A DNA stretch of 64,000 bases from an uncultured Clostridia bacterium (GTDB lineage: Bacteria; Bacillota; Clostridia; Oscillospirales; Oscillospiraceae): contig CAMNAO010000004.1 of assembly GCA_946531435.1 (NCBI GenBank), positions 6,786 through 70,785 on the forward strand. The letters are read 5' to 3'. Under the pieces are notes generated by a model that was given only the letters and a program-made list of their open reading frames with translations, had not been told where the DNA came from and ran no database searches. Below, piece by piece: positions 8,063 through 16,250 of the stretch; within the stretch, counting starts at the first letter, position 1; the number at the start of each line of letters is the position of its first letter. The translations under genes were made by a program, and so were the position numbers.

Positions 8063-9877
8063 TCAGTACAGTTCAAGGATCTTTCCGGTTTTTTCGTCCC
8101 GGGCAAAGCGCTTTAAAAAGCTCCAGGCCAGGTCGATCATGGAGGGTGTCGGCAGATGGGGGACGTTCTCGATCCCCACCAGCCGGAAATGAAACTTTCC
8201 CTCCCGGTTTTTGATATCCGCGATATAGTGGTGTACGCCGTCCAGGTACAGGATATCCGTGCGGTCGGCAGGCACGCCGATCCTTCTTGTGGCCGTATCG
8301 GGACTGGAGAGGGAGGCAATGATCTCCTCACGGCTCCTCATGGGGCAATTCATTGCCCGCAGCCTGCGCTGCCAGCCGCGGATCCGCTCCTCCACCCCAT
8401 CCGCCGGATTGTTTCCCGCGCCGCGGCCGCCGACGCGGCGGCCCGTGTGCTCCCCGGCGACGGGGTAATAGAGGCCCATCTCACACATGCCCGTCATGTT
8501 GATGAGGGGGATATCCTCATCGGCGGTGGCGAGGATCTTCTTTTCATCCGTTTCGGTCCCGGGGACGGCGCTGGTTTCGGCCAGCCAGGGGGCGTTGCCC
8601 AGGGTCGCGAGCCCCGCCAGCAGGGTGGGGTGATGGCGGGCGAACTCAAAAGCGTACATCCCGTTGTGGGAGTGCCCCATGATGTACATCCGGCTCCTGT
8701 CCACAGGAATCTTAGCCGCCGCCTCCTCCAGAATGTCCGTCAAAAGTTCGTTGGAGGCGGGATCCTCCAACACGAAAAACAGGGCGATAAACTCCCCCGC
8801 GGCGGCCAGTTTTACCGCTTCGTAGCAGTAATTGATCGAAGTGACGGCCAGATGCTCATTGGCGCTGCCCACCTCCTGCATCACAATCATGAGGGGCAGC
8901 TTCTCCGCCCCCTCCTCCAGGGCAGACTTGGGCGTAAAGGTCAGCCAGCGGTTGCCGGCGGTCTCATGGAGCAGCAGCTGAACGCCCATGCGATCCCAGT
9001 ATTCCGCAAAGGCCGGATCATCGCAGAAGTCATAGTCATGGTCCATGGCGATCCCCTGCATCATTCTCTCTCCGGTCATACTGTGCAGGAACCGCTGTCT
9101 GTCATACTGCGTGCTGCTGAAATCATCCTGCAGCACCTGTTTCCGGTTCAGGCAGTAGAGGGAGGGCCAGCGATTGCTGATATCCAGCGCGGGGATTTCC
9201 AGGGCGCCGAAAGAAATCAGGCAGGCGTCCGGATCCTCCACGGCGGCTCCGTCTCCGTCACGATAGGTATAACCGGGAACCTCCGCGATTTTGACGCCCA
9301 ATTCACGGAAGAGGGAGCAGTCCAGATACAGGCGGTCACGGTCGATGGGATAGCGGACCGAAGCCTCCTGCAGGATCTCTACGAAATACCCCCCTGTATC
9401 CGGCCCCTCCACCGCGAAAAACAGGAGCAAGGTATCCTTCGACGCGGCGATCATGCGTAGATAGGCGTCGTAATCCGCCAGCATGCGCATCAGCCAGTAG
9501 GGGTCGGAATAGTTCTCCTTATGGTAGACCACCAGAGTCTTCAGCTTGTTCACCTGGTCCCCCAGCGCGGTTTCCGGGCCGCATACGCACCAGCGAATCC
9601 CACCCATGGAACGGCAGGAATAGAAGATCCCCTGACGGTGCCAATACTCCGTGACATCCGGGGCGGCGACACTGTTGGTCTTGCGGGTATAGCAATCCAG
9701 GGTTTTGCAGTCGTCCCCCCTCAGTCCGTCCACAGGTTTTGTATACTCCCAGAAGCCCGTGCTGTCCTTTTCCCCCAGCCACTGGACCAGAGGATAGAGA
9801 GGGCTGTCCTGACGGGTCCCCCAGGGGCCGTCGTTCCACAGCTCATAGTTCGGATAACGATAATACCGATTTGTCAC
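8063..9877 (-). CDS. tandem pseudo-esterase + esterase alpha/beta-hydrolase (paralog B)
   Basis: GTG start follows GAGGAGGGG. N-terminus MTNRYYRYPNYELW. Active half has PVDRSRMYIMGHSHNG; degenerate half has PIDRDRLYLDCS. C-terminus NVPH...WSFLKRFARDEKTGKILELY. Confidence 0.75.
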   Translation of the reverse strand: MTNRYYRYPNYELWNDGPWGTRQDSPLYPLVQWLGEKDSTGFWEYTKPVDGLRGDDCKTLDCYTRKTNSVAAPDVTEYWHRQGIFYSCRSMGGIRWCVCGPETALGDQVNKLKTLVVYHKENYSDPYWLMRMLADYDAYLRMIAASKDTLLLFFAVEGPDTGGYFVEILQEASVRYPIDRDRLYLDCSLFRELGVKIAEVPGYTYRDGDGAAVEDPDACLISFGALEIPALDISNRWPSLYCLNRKQVLQDDFSSTQYDRQRFLHSMTGERMMQGIAMDHDYDFCDDPAFAEYWDRMGVQLLLHETAGNRWLTFTPKSALEEGAEKLPLMIVMQEVGSANEHLAVTSINYCYEAVKLAAAGEFIALFFVLEDPASNELLTDILEEAAAKIPVDRSRMYIMGHSHNGMYAFEFARHHPTLLAGLATLGNAPWLAETSAVPGTETDEKKILATADEDIPLINMTGMCEMGLYYPVAGEHTGRRVGGRGAGNNPADGVEERIRGWQRRLRAMNCPMRSREEIIASLSSPDTATRRIGVPADRTDILYLDGVHHYIADIKNREGKFHFRLVGIENVPHLPTPSMIDLAWSFLKRFARDEKTGKILELY

Positions 9878-9899
9878 GCAGTTTCCCCTCCTCAGCGCT

Positions 9900-11078
9900 C
9901 TATATGAGGCCCTGGGATCTTGCCGCCGAGTACAGACGATCCATCGCGTCCGTGATCACCCATTTCGGGCAGGCGCAGTTGATCCTCAAAAATCCCTCGC
10001 CGGTTTTCCCATAAGCGCCGCCCACGTTGCCGAAAAGATACGCCTTTTGGGTAAAGAACGCGGCAAGTTCCCGGTCGCACATCTTCCAGCTTCGGAAATC
10101 GATCCACATGAGATAGGTGCCCTCGGTCTTCCAGCAGACGACGCCGGGCAAATTCTCCGCAATAAAGTCCTCGCAGTAGCGGATGTTCTCCGCAATGACT
10201 TGAATACACGCGTCCAGCCAGTTCCCAGCACGCTCATAGGCCAGCCTGCAGGCGGTGAAGCCCAGGACATTGGGCTCCTTTCTCGCCATGATCGCCGCAA
10301 AGCGCTCCCGGATTCCAGGGTCGGGAATGAGGATATTGGAGGTCTTCATGCCGGCCAGGTTGAAGGTTTTGCTGGGCGCCGTGCAGATCGCGCAGTTTTT
10401 GAGATAGGGCTCCGGCATCGTTCCCAGGGAACAGGAATGGTAACCCGGCATGATAAGGTCGCCGTGGACCTCGTCGGAAATCACGTAGACCCCGTGGGCC
10501 AGGCAGATCTCGCAAAGGCGCAGAAGCTCCTCCCGGTTCCACACGCGGCCGCCGGGATTGTGAGGATTGCAGAGCAGAAAGCCCTTCACCTCCGGGTCCG
10601 CGGCAATCCTTTCAAAGGCCTCGAAATCGATCTCGTAGGTGTTGCCGACCTCCTTCAGCGCACATTGCTCTACCTTGCACCCAAAGGTCGCCTCGTCAAA
10701 AAAGTGGGCGTACACCGGCGTCAGCGTCATCAGCTTCCCGCCGGAGGAAGTTAACAGTTTTCCCAGCTCATAGAGGGCAACCACCACGCCCGTGGTGAAG
10801 ACGAACCATTCCTTCCGGGGAAGGAAGCCATGGCGCCTCTGCATCCAGCCGATCACCGCGTCATAGTAGTCGTCCATGGGGATGCTGTAGCCCAGAATGT
10901 TTTCCTCCAGGTACTCCTTCAAGCCGTCAAGGATCTCGGGGGCATTCTTAAACTCCATGTCCGCTGTGGAGAGCGGAACGACGTCCTTCGGAAGATCGGG
11001 TGCAGCGGCGCGCATCTTCATCCATTTACGGGAACCGCGCCCGGATCGATCCAGCACCGTTTCAAAATCGTAGTTCAT
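9900..11078 (-). CDS. MalY/PatB-type PLP-dependent C-S lyase (cystathionine beta-lyase family)
   Basis: N-terminus YDFETVLDRSGRGSRKW and PLP-lysine region APSKTFNLAGMK are hallmarks of MalY/PatB aminotransferase class I/II proteins. RBS AAAGGAG. Confidence 0.85.
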   Translation of the reverse strand: MNYDFETVLDRSGRGSRKWMKMRAAAPDLPKDVVPLSTADMEFKNAPEILDGLKEYLEENILGYSIPMDDYYDAVIGWMQRRHGFLPRKEWFVFTTGVVVALYELGKLLTSSGGKLMTLTPVYAHFFDEATFGCKVEQCALKEVGNTYEIDFEAFERIAADPEVKGFLLCNPHNPGGRVWNREELLRLCEICLAHGVYVISDEVHGDLIMPGYHSCSLGTMPEPYLKNCAICTAPSKTFNLAGMKTSNILIPDPGIRERFAAIMARKEPNVLGFTACRLAYERAGNWLDACIQVIAENIRYCEDFIAENLPGVVCWKTEGTYLMWIDFRSWKMCDRELAAFFTQKAYLFGNVGGAYGKTGEGFLRINCACPKWVITDAMDRLYSAARSQGLI

Positions 11079-11111
11079 GGCATCTCCTTTTTGAGAGGCC
11101 TCGCCGCCCCA

Positions 11112-12074
11112 TCACAAGCGGGGCGCCGCGATCTCCAGAATTTCTTTCTCCGACGGCAGGGCCGGGATTGCTCCGATTTTCGTCGTCGTCAGGGCGCCCG
11201 CGGCGCAGGCAAGGGTGACGAAACGGTTCATGGTTTTTTCATCCAGCACAGCGATCTCAGCAGCGCTGAATCCTTTCACACAGTGGTGGAAGGTGCCGGT
11301 AAAGCTGTCCCCCGCGCCGGTGGTATCCCGTACAGAGACCCGGAAGGGCTCCACCCTGCCGCTGCACACGCTGTTTTTGTAGACGGCGCCGTCGCCGCCC
11401 AAAGTCACCAGCACCGCAGCAGGGCCCATGGCCTTCAGAATCTCCGCTCCCGCAAAGGGATCGTCGGTTCCCGTCATGAGCCGCAGCTCCTCCTCATTGA
11501 CCTTCAGAATATCGCAGAGGGGGACGGCCTTAAGAAGCTCTTCCCTGGCGCGGGCTGCATCACTCCATATCGTCTCCCGGTAATTGGGGTCATAGCTGAC
11601 CACCTTGCCCCCAGCACGGGCGTATGCAGCCGCTTTCAGTGTAGCCTCGGCACAGGGGCCCTCAGTGAGAGATACCCCGCCGAAGTGGAAGATCTCACAG
11701 GCGTCGATGACCCCTTTGTCCACCTCTTCCCAGGTGAGCATCATATCCGCCGAGGGATTGCGATAGAAGCTGCAGCTGCGCTCCCCGTTCTCATCCAGGG
11801 AGACCACGGAGAGGGTGGTTGGGTACTCCTTCGAGAAGATGAGGGCACTGGTGTCGATCCCACCCTCTCTCATGTTCTCCTCCAGGTAATGGCCGAAGAC
11901 GTCGTCCCCCACCATGCCGATGAGGGCGACCCTTCCGCCCAGCCTGGCGTTCATGGCAAGGCAATTTGCCGGAGCCCCGCCGGGATTGCGCGCCATCAGC
12001 TTGATGCCCAGCTCATTGACGCCGCATTCCGTCAGGTCGATCAGGCTCTCGCCCAGAGCAACTACGTCGTACAT
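11112..12074 (-). CDS. PfkB-family sugar kinase, fructokinase-like
   Basis: ALGESLIDL N-terminus, and the DTTGAGDSF anion-hole/catalytic motif near the C-terminus. Confidence 0.8.
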   Translation of the reverse strand: MYDVVALGESLIDLTECGVNELGIKLMARNPGGAPANCLAMNARLGGRVALIGMVGDDVFGHYLEENMREGGIDTSALIFSKEYPTTLSVVSLDENGERSCSFYRNPSADMMLTWEEVDKGVIDACEIFHFGGVSLTEGPCAEATLKAAAYARAGGKVVSYDPNYRETIWSDAARAREELLKAVPLCDILKVNEEELRLMTGTDDPFAGAEILKAMGPAAVLVTLGGDGAVYKNSVCSGRVEPFRVSVRDTTGAGDSFTGTFHHCVKGFSAAEIAVLDEKTMNRFVTLACAAGALTTTKIGAIPALPSEKEILEIAAPRL

Positions 12075-12083
12075 CGCTTTCTC

Positions 12084-13124
12084 TCACCAGTCCTGGACGT
12101 CGATGAGGATCTTCATGCTGGTCTCCCGGTTATTGTCAATGTACTGATAAGCCTCGGTATACTGGGAGAACTTGAAGGTCTTGCTCATCAGCGGCTCAAG
12201 CTTGATCTTCCCCTCATTCACAAACTGAATCGCCTCAAGATAATCCTCATTTCGATACATCATGGTGGTGTTGAGATCCAGCTCATGGTCGTTCAGCACC
12301 GCGAGATCCACGTTGGCCATGCCGGCATAGACCGCCACCAGGATGATGGTGCTGCCCTTCCGGGCGTACTTGATGGCCTCATTCATGGTGATGTCGTTGC
12401 CGGCGCAGTCATAGATCACGTCCGCCTTGTCGGGGCCGAAGGCCTCGATCATGGCCTCACCGAAATCCTTGTTCTTTGTATTAAACACATAGTCCGCGCC
12501 GCACTCTTTGGCCTTATTGATGCGGAAATCGCTGACGTCGGTGACCATGACGCTCTCGGCGCCGCAGGCCTTCACGGACTGGGCCACCAGGATCCCGATG
12601 GGGCCCGCCCCGATGACGGCCACCTTCGCTCCGGCCATTTCCGGGAAGCGGCGGGCGGCGTGGACCGCCACCGCCAGGGGCTCGATCATGGCGCCCTGGT
12701 CAAAGGTCATATCGTCAGGAAGCCTGGTGACCTTTTCCCGGTCCGTGCAGAAATAGTGGGACGCCATCCCCGTGGTCTGGAAGCCCATGACCTTTAAATG
12801 CTCGCAAAGATTGTATTTTCCGTGGGTGCAGGGGTAGCACTTGCCGCAGACTACCTGGGGCTGTACCGTCACCTTGTCCCCGATTTTCAGATCGTCCACA
12901 CCCTCGCCCAGCTCCACGACCTCCAGGGCGACCTCGTGGCCCTGGGTCACGGGATACGAAGTAAACGGATGCTTTCCGTGCCATACATGGATGTCACTGC
13001 CGCAGATGCCGATCTTCATGACCTTCATCAGCACCTCTCCGGGGCCCGGCTTCGGCACCGGAACCTCCCGGAAGGTGATCTGGCCGGGGGCCGTCATAAC
13101 CTGCTGTATCATTGTTTTCTCCAT
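12084..13124 (-). CDS. Zn-dependent polyol (sorbitol/L-iditol-type) dehydrogenase, MDR family
   Basis: GICGSDIHVWHG...GHE catalytic-Zn motif, structural-Zn CGKCYPCTHGKYNLC, and Rossmann VIGAGPIG. Confidence 0.85.
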   Translation of the reverse strand: MEKTMIQQVMTAPGQITFREVPVPKPGPGEVLMKVMKIGICGSDIHVWHGKHPFTSYPVTQGHEVALEVVELGEGVDDLKIGDKVTVQPQVVCGKCYPCTHGKYNLCEHLKVMGFQTTGMASHYFCTDREKVTRLPDDMTFDQGAMIEPLAVAVHAARRFPEMAGAKVAVIGAGPIGILVAQSVKACGAESVMVTDVSDFRINKAKECGADYVFNTKNKDFGEAMIEAFGPDKADVIYDCAGNDITMNEAIKYARKGSTIILVAVYAGMANVDLAVLNDHELDLNTTMMYRNEDYLEAIQFVNEGKIKLEPLMSKTFKFSQYTEAYQYIDNNRETSMKILIDVQDW

Positions 13125-13163
13125 GCTTCTACACTCCTTTGCTTCTCTTCTTTTTTGTTCCCA

Positions 13164-14900
13164 TCAGGCCTTCCGGTCAAGGAGGCTCTCGTTGTACACG
13201 ACGCAGCAGTTCCCGTGGTAGTGCATCTTCACAGCGGGATTGTGGAAGCCGTTGGTGTGCTGCTGAATGGCTTCCCCGGGCTGGTCGCCCTCGGTCTTCC
13301 CTTCGGCGATCTCACGGCAGGCCTCCCGGATATTGCGGGGCACGCGCATGCGGTGGGGGCGATTGAGATGGGAGGAGAAGATCATGGTATCCTCAGAGAC
13401 ACGGGTGAAGAAGTTGTCCAGCATCTTCACATAGGCCTTAAAGCCCTCCCGGTCCATTCCCTTCAGATGGGTGTCCACATTCATGGCATCGCCGGACATG
13501 CAGATGCCGGCCTCCTTGCAGTAGAAGGCCATATGTCCCGTGGAGTGGCCGGGGGTGAAGATGCATTCCACCCGGATCCCGCCCAGGTCGAACACATCCC
13601 CGTCGTAAATGGGCTTGATCCTGCTGTCGTCGATGGTCTCCAGCATGTTGGCGTAGGTGTACTCCTGGAACTCCGTAGCGTAGTTGGAGAAGGGCTGTAC
13701 ATCCACAAAACGTCTGGCTTTGTCACAGGCGGCGACCTTCTTGATATCGTTGGGATGCATATATACCTCATCAAACAGGATTGAGCCCCCCGCGTGGTCG
13801 ATGCCCACATGGGTGCAGGCCTCGATCACAGGCTTGCCGCTGCCGGCAAAGCCGCGGATGTAATCCACCAGCTTGTCGTCGATGCCGTGTCCGGAGTCGA
13901 TGCACAGGATCTTATTGTCGCCGATGAATACCATGAGGGTGATTCGGTTGACGGTGGAGTAGTTGATGGTGACAGTATAAATGCGGTCCGTCCACTTTTC
14001 ATGGCTGTAATAGCAGGAGTCCATGACGTTCAGCCGTTTGTCCTTCGCCGCGTCCTGAAGGGAGCGGTCATAGACGGCGCAGACATTGCCCACATAGTGG
14101 CCGCGGATGTTGCGGTTCTGCTTGCGGGCGTGGAAGATCCCGTCGCAGGGGGGATCATGGTCGATGTTCCCCGCGGCAATCTCCGCGCAGGCGGTCCTCA
14201 GGTTTTTGGCCACGTCAATGGTCATTTCCAGCGGCAGGTGGGCGGGATAAATGGTAACGTCATCGCCCACAATGGAAATGAAGTGATCCAGCACCTTCAC
14301 ATACTCACGGAAGCCCGCGGTATCCAGATGCTTCAGGTGGGTGTCTGTATTCACCGCGTCACCGGTGAAGACGTATTTTTCCTCCCTGTTGAAGAAGGCC
14401 ATACTGCCCAGAGAGTGGCCGGGCACCGCGATGGCCTCGATTTTGACCCCACCCAGATCAAAGACGTCGCCGTCCTTGATATCCTTGAATTCCACGCGAT
14501 TGTCAACGATCATGTTCTTCTTGCAATAATCCGCAACGATCTTGCTCTCCAGGGCAAAATCCACGCAGTCGCAGTAGCGGTTGATGGGATCAAAGGGATC
14601 CATCCGCGTGGTCCCCACGTCAAGATGGCTGCAGTAGGCCTCATCAAACTGGCAGGCACTGCCCACATGGTCCAGATGGCCGTGGGTACAAGCACAGATG
14701 ATGGGCTTTTCGGTGCCAACCAGCTCCTCGATGGTCTTTCTCAGGTCCTGATGCATGCCGAGGCCCGCGTCAATGACCAGCACTTTTTCGTCACCGACCA
14801 CCACACCGATGGTGAAGCGGTGGACCATGGAATAGCCCTCCGTCAGGATCAGCAGCCGGTCCGAAAACCATTCGTGACTCAAAAAATTGTACTTCGCCAT
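13164..14900 (-). CDS. tandem (duplicated) MBL-fold metallo-hydrolase
   Basis: Two full-length internal repeats. Repeat 1 has the canonical THGHLDHVG; repeat 2 has THVGIDHAG. Both keep PGHS.G and GDA.N.DTHLK. The ATG for MAKYNF at 14900 follows AAAGGAGA; the ORF-track start 14921 sits inside the RBS. Confidence 0.8.
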   Translation of the reverse strand: MAKYNFLSHEWFSDRLLILTEGYSMVHRFTIGVVVGDEKVLVIDAGLGMHQDLRKTIEELVGTEKPIICACTHGHLDHVGSACQFDEAYCSHLDVGTTRMDPFDPINRYCDCVDFALESKIVADYCKKNMIVDNRVEFKDIKDGDVFDLGGVKIEAIAVPGHSLGSMAFFNREEKYVFTGDAVNTDTHLKHLDTAGFREYVKVLDHFISIVGDDVTIYPAHLPLEMTIDVAKNLRTACAEIAAGNIDHDPPCDGIFHARKQNRNIRGHYVGNVCAVYDRSLQDAAKDKRLNVMDSCYYSHEKWTDRIYTVTINYSTVNRITLMVFIGDNKILCIDSGHGIDDKLVDYIRGFAGSGKPVIEACTHVGIDHAGGSILFDEVYMHPNDIKKVAACDKARRFVDVQPFSNYATEFQEYTYANMLETIDDSRIKPIYDGDVFDLGGIRVECIFTPGHSTGHMAFYCKEAGICMSGDAMNVDTHLKGMDREGFKAYVKMLDNFFTRVSEDTMIFSSHLNRPHRMRVPRNIREACREIAEGKTEGDQPGEAIQQHTNGFHNPAVKMHYHGNCCVVYNESLLDRKA

Positions 14901-14935
14901 AGCATCTTTCTCCTTTTTCAAGCAAGCCCGAAAAA

Positions 14936-16234
14936 TCAGTCGGGCCGGTATTCGTCCACAACGATCTTTCCGGTGACGGAATCGCGCCGGAACATTTTAA
15001 AAAACTCCCAGGTCAGCCTGGCCTGTGTCAGGATGAAAGTGTGATAACAATTCTCTACGGAGTAGACGCGATAGGTGTTGATCCCCTCTTCATTATAAAA
15101 ATCCTCCCGGTAATGGCGGTAGCCGTAATAGGTTTCAACCGCCTCCCCGTCCCCGTAGATCCCCACAAGCCGGTGAAACTCGTCATCGCTGTCCCGATAG
15201 GCCAGGCACCGGTCGATGTCCCGGGGAGTGACACCCTGAACTGCCAGGAACTCGTTGATCTTTTCCAGCTTCCAGCGGTCTGCATCAATGCCGTAGGGCG
15301 GCACGACGCGGAGGGTGGCGCCCGGCGGCACCATCTTTGTGGGATCCTTCTCCAGGTAGATCCTTTGGTCCGGGGAGCGTGTCTCCTCCCACTTTAAGTA
15401 CCCCGCCCAGAGCCTGCCCATCTCCGGCGTGAAATTGGGCCGGTAGTACTTTTTCTCCTCCTTCCAGCCCTCATAGGTATGGACCTCGTTGATATGCGGA
15501 CGGTAGACGTTGGCCGGTGTGATGTTCCCCATCTCGCACATGCCGTTGAGCTGCACACAGGGCAGGACCGCGTCATGAAGCCGTTTCCTGTCCTCATCGG
15601 TATAGAAGCGAGCCGTGCTGTCCTTCAGGCGGTACTGTTCGCCGTTGCAGGGCCCCATGGCGGCGAACACCTCCGGAAGATAATGGGCGCACTCAAAGGT
15701 CTTCGTTCCGCCCTGGGAGTGACCTGTGACATACACGCGCTCGGGATCCACCGGGTATCTCTCCCTGATAATGCCCAGGAGCCTTACCAGGTTATCCGGA
15801 TTGGTGTTCTGCGGAAACACGGGGATAAATCCTTCCTTGGCGGCGATCTCCACATATCCCGGGATGTACTCGCCCGCCTCCAGCGCGTCCCCGCCGCCGT
15901 GGAGCATGAATACGAGAGGATACTTTTTGCCCGGCACGGGATGCAAGGGCGTGTAGATTACCCAGCGGGTATAGAACTCCTCATTGTCGAAGAGTTCTTT
16001 TTTCAGGCCGCAGGATGCCGCGTAGCTCCGGGCGGCGTCTCCCATGGGGTCCCTCTCCAGGGTATACTCCCGATGCAGCCGCCTGGCCAGCTCGGTGCCG
16101 TACTCACTGTTGAGAAAGCCGTTAAGATCGAATTCATTGTTGCCGGCGCGCCACATATAGCCAATATAGTTCTCAAACTGCTCTCCGGTTTCGGGATTCG
16201 TCTCCCTGGACCAGTACGGTGATGCCGTCATCAT
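14936..16234 (-). CDS. alpha/beta-hydrolase, PHB-depolymerase/LpqC-like esterase, single domain (paralog C)
   Basis: LHGGGD, VDPERVYVTGHSQGG, and C-terminal CYH...WEFFKMFRRDSVTGK. The true start MMTASPYW at 16234 follows AAGGAGG. The 81-aa extension in the ORF track overlaps the upstream gene and is Arg/Pro/Thr-rich. Confidence 0.75.
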   Translation of the reverse strand: MMTASPYWSRETNPETGEQFENYIGYMWRAGNNEFDLNGFLNSEYGTELARRLHREYTLERDPMGDAARSYAASCGLKKELFDNEEFYTRWVIYTPLHPVPGKKYPLVFMLHGGGDALEAGEYIPGYVEIAAKEGFIPVFPQNTNPDNLVRLLGIIRERYPVDPERVYVTGHSQGGTKTFECAHYLPEVFAAMGPCNGEQYRLKDSTARFYTDEDRKRLHDAVLPCVQLNGMCEMGNITPANVYRPHINEVHTYEGWKEEKKYYRPNFTPEMGRLWAGYLKWEETRSPDQRIYLEKDPTKMVPPGATLRVVPPYGIDADRWKLEKINEFLAVQGVTPRDIDRCLAYRDSDDEFHRLVGIYGDGEAVETYYGYRHYREDFYNEEGINTYRVYSVENCYHTFILTQARLTWEFFKMFRRDSVTGKIVVDEYRPD

Positions 16235-16250
16235 GGGTGCCTCCTTGTCG

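Noticed and set aside
10830-12797. Very long ORFs antisense to confidently assigned genes: 10830-12797 (655 aa), 25970-27781 (603 aa), 29455-31266 (603 aa), 37814-40681 (955 aa), 46527-48827 (766 aa), 18711-20135, 6282-7760, 8156-9460 and others.
   Set aside because: They exactly shadow well-supported genes on the other strand. They are rich in Gly/Ala/Arg/Pro/His/Leu with no recognisable motifs, and they lack RBS. This is the expected artefact of high GC3 content suppressing stop codons on the antisense strand.
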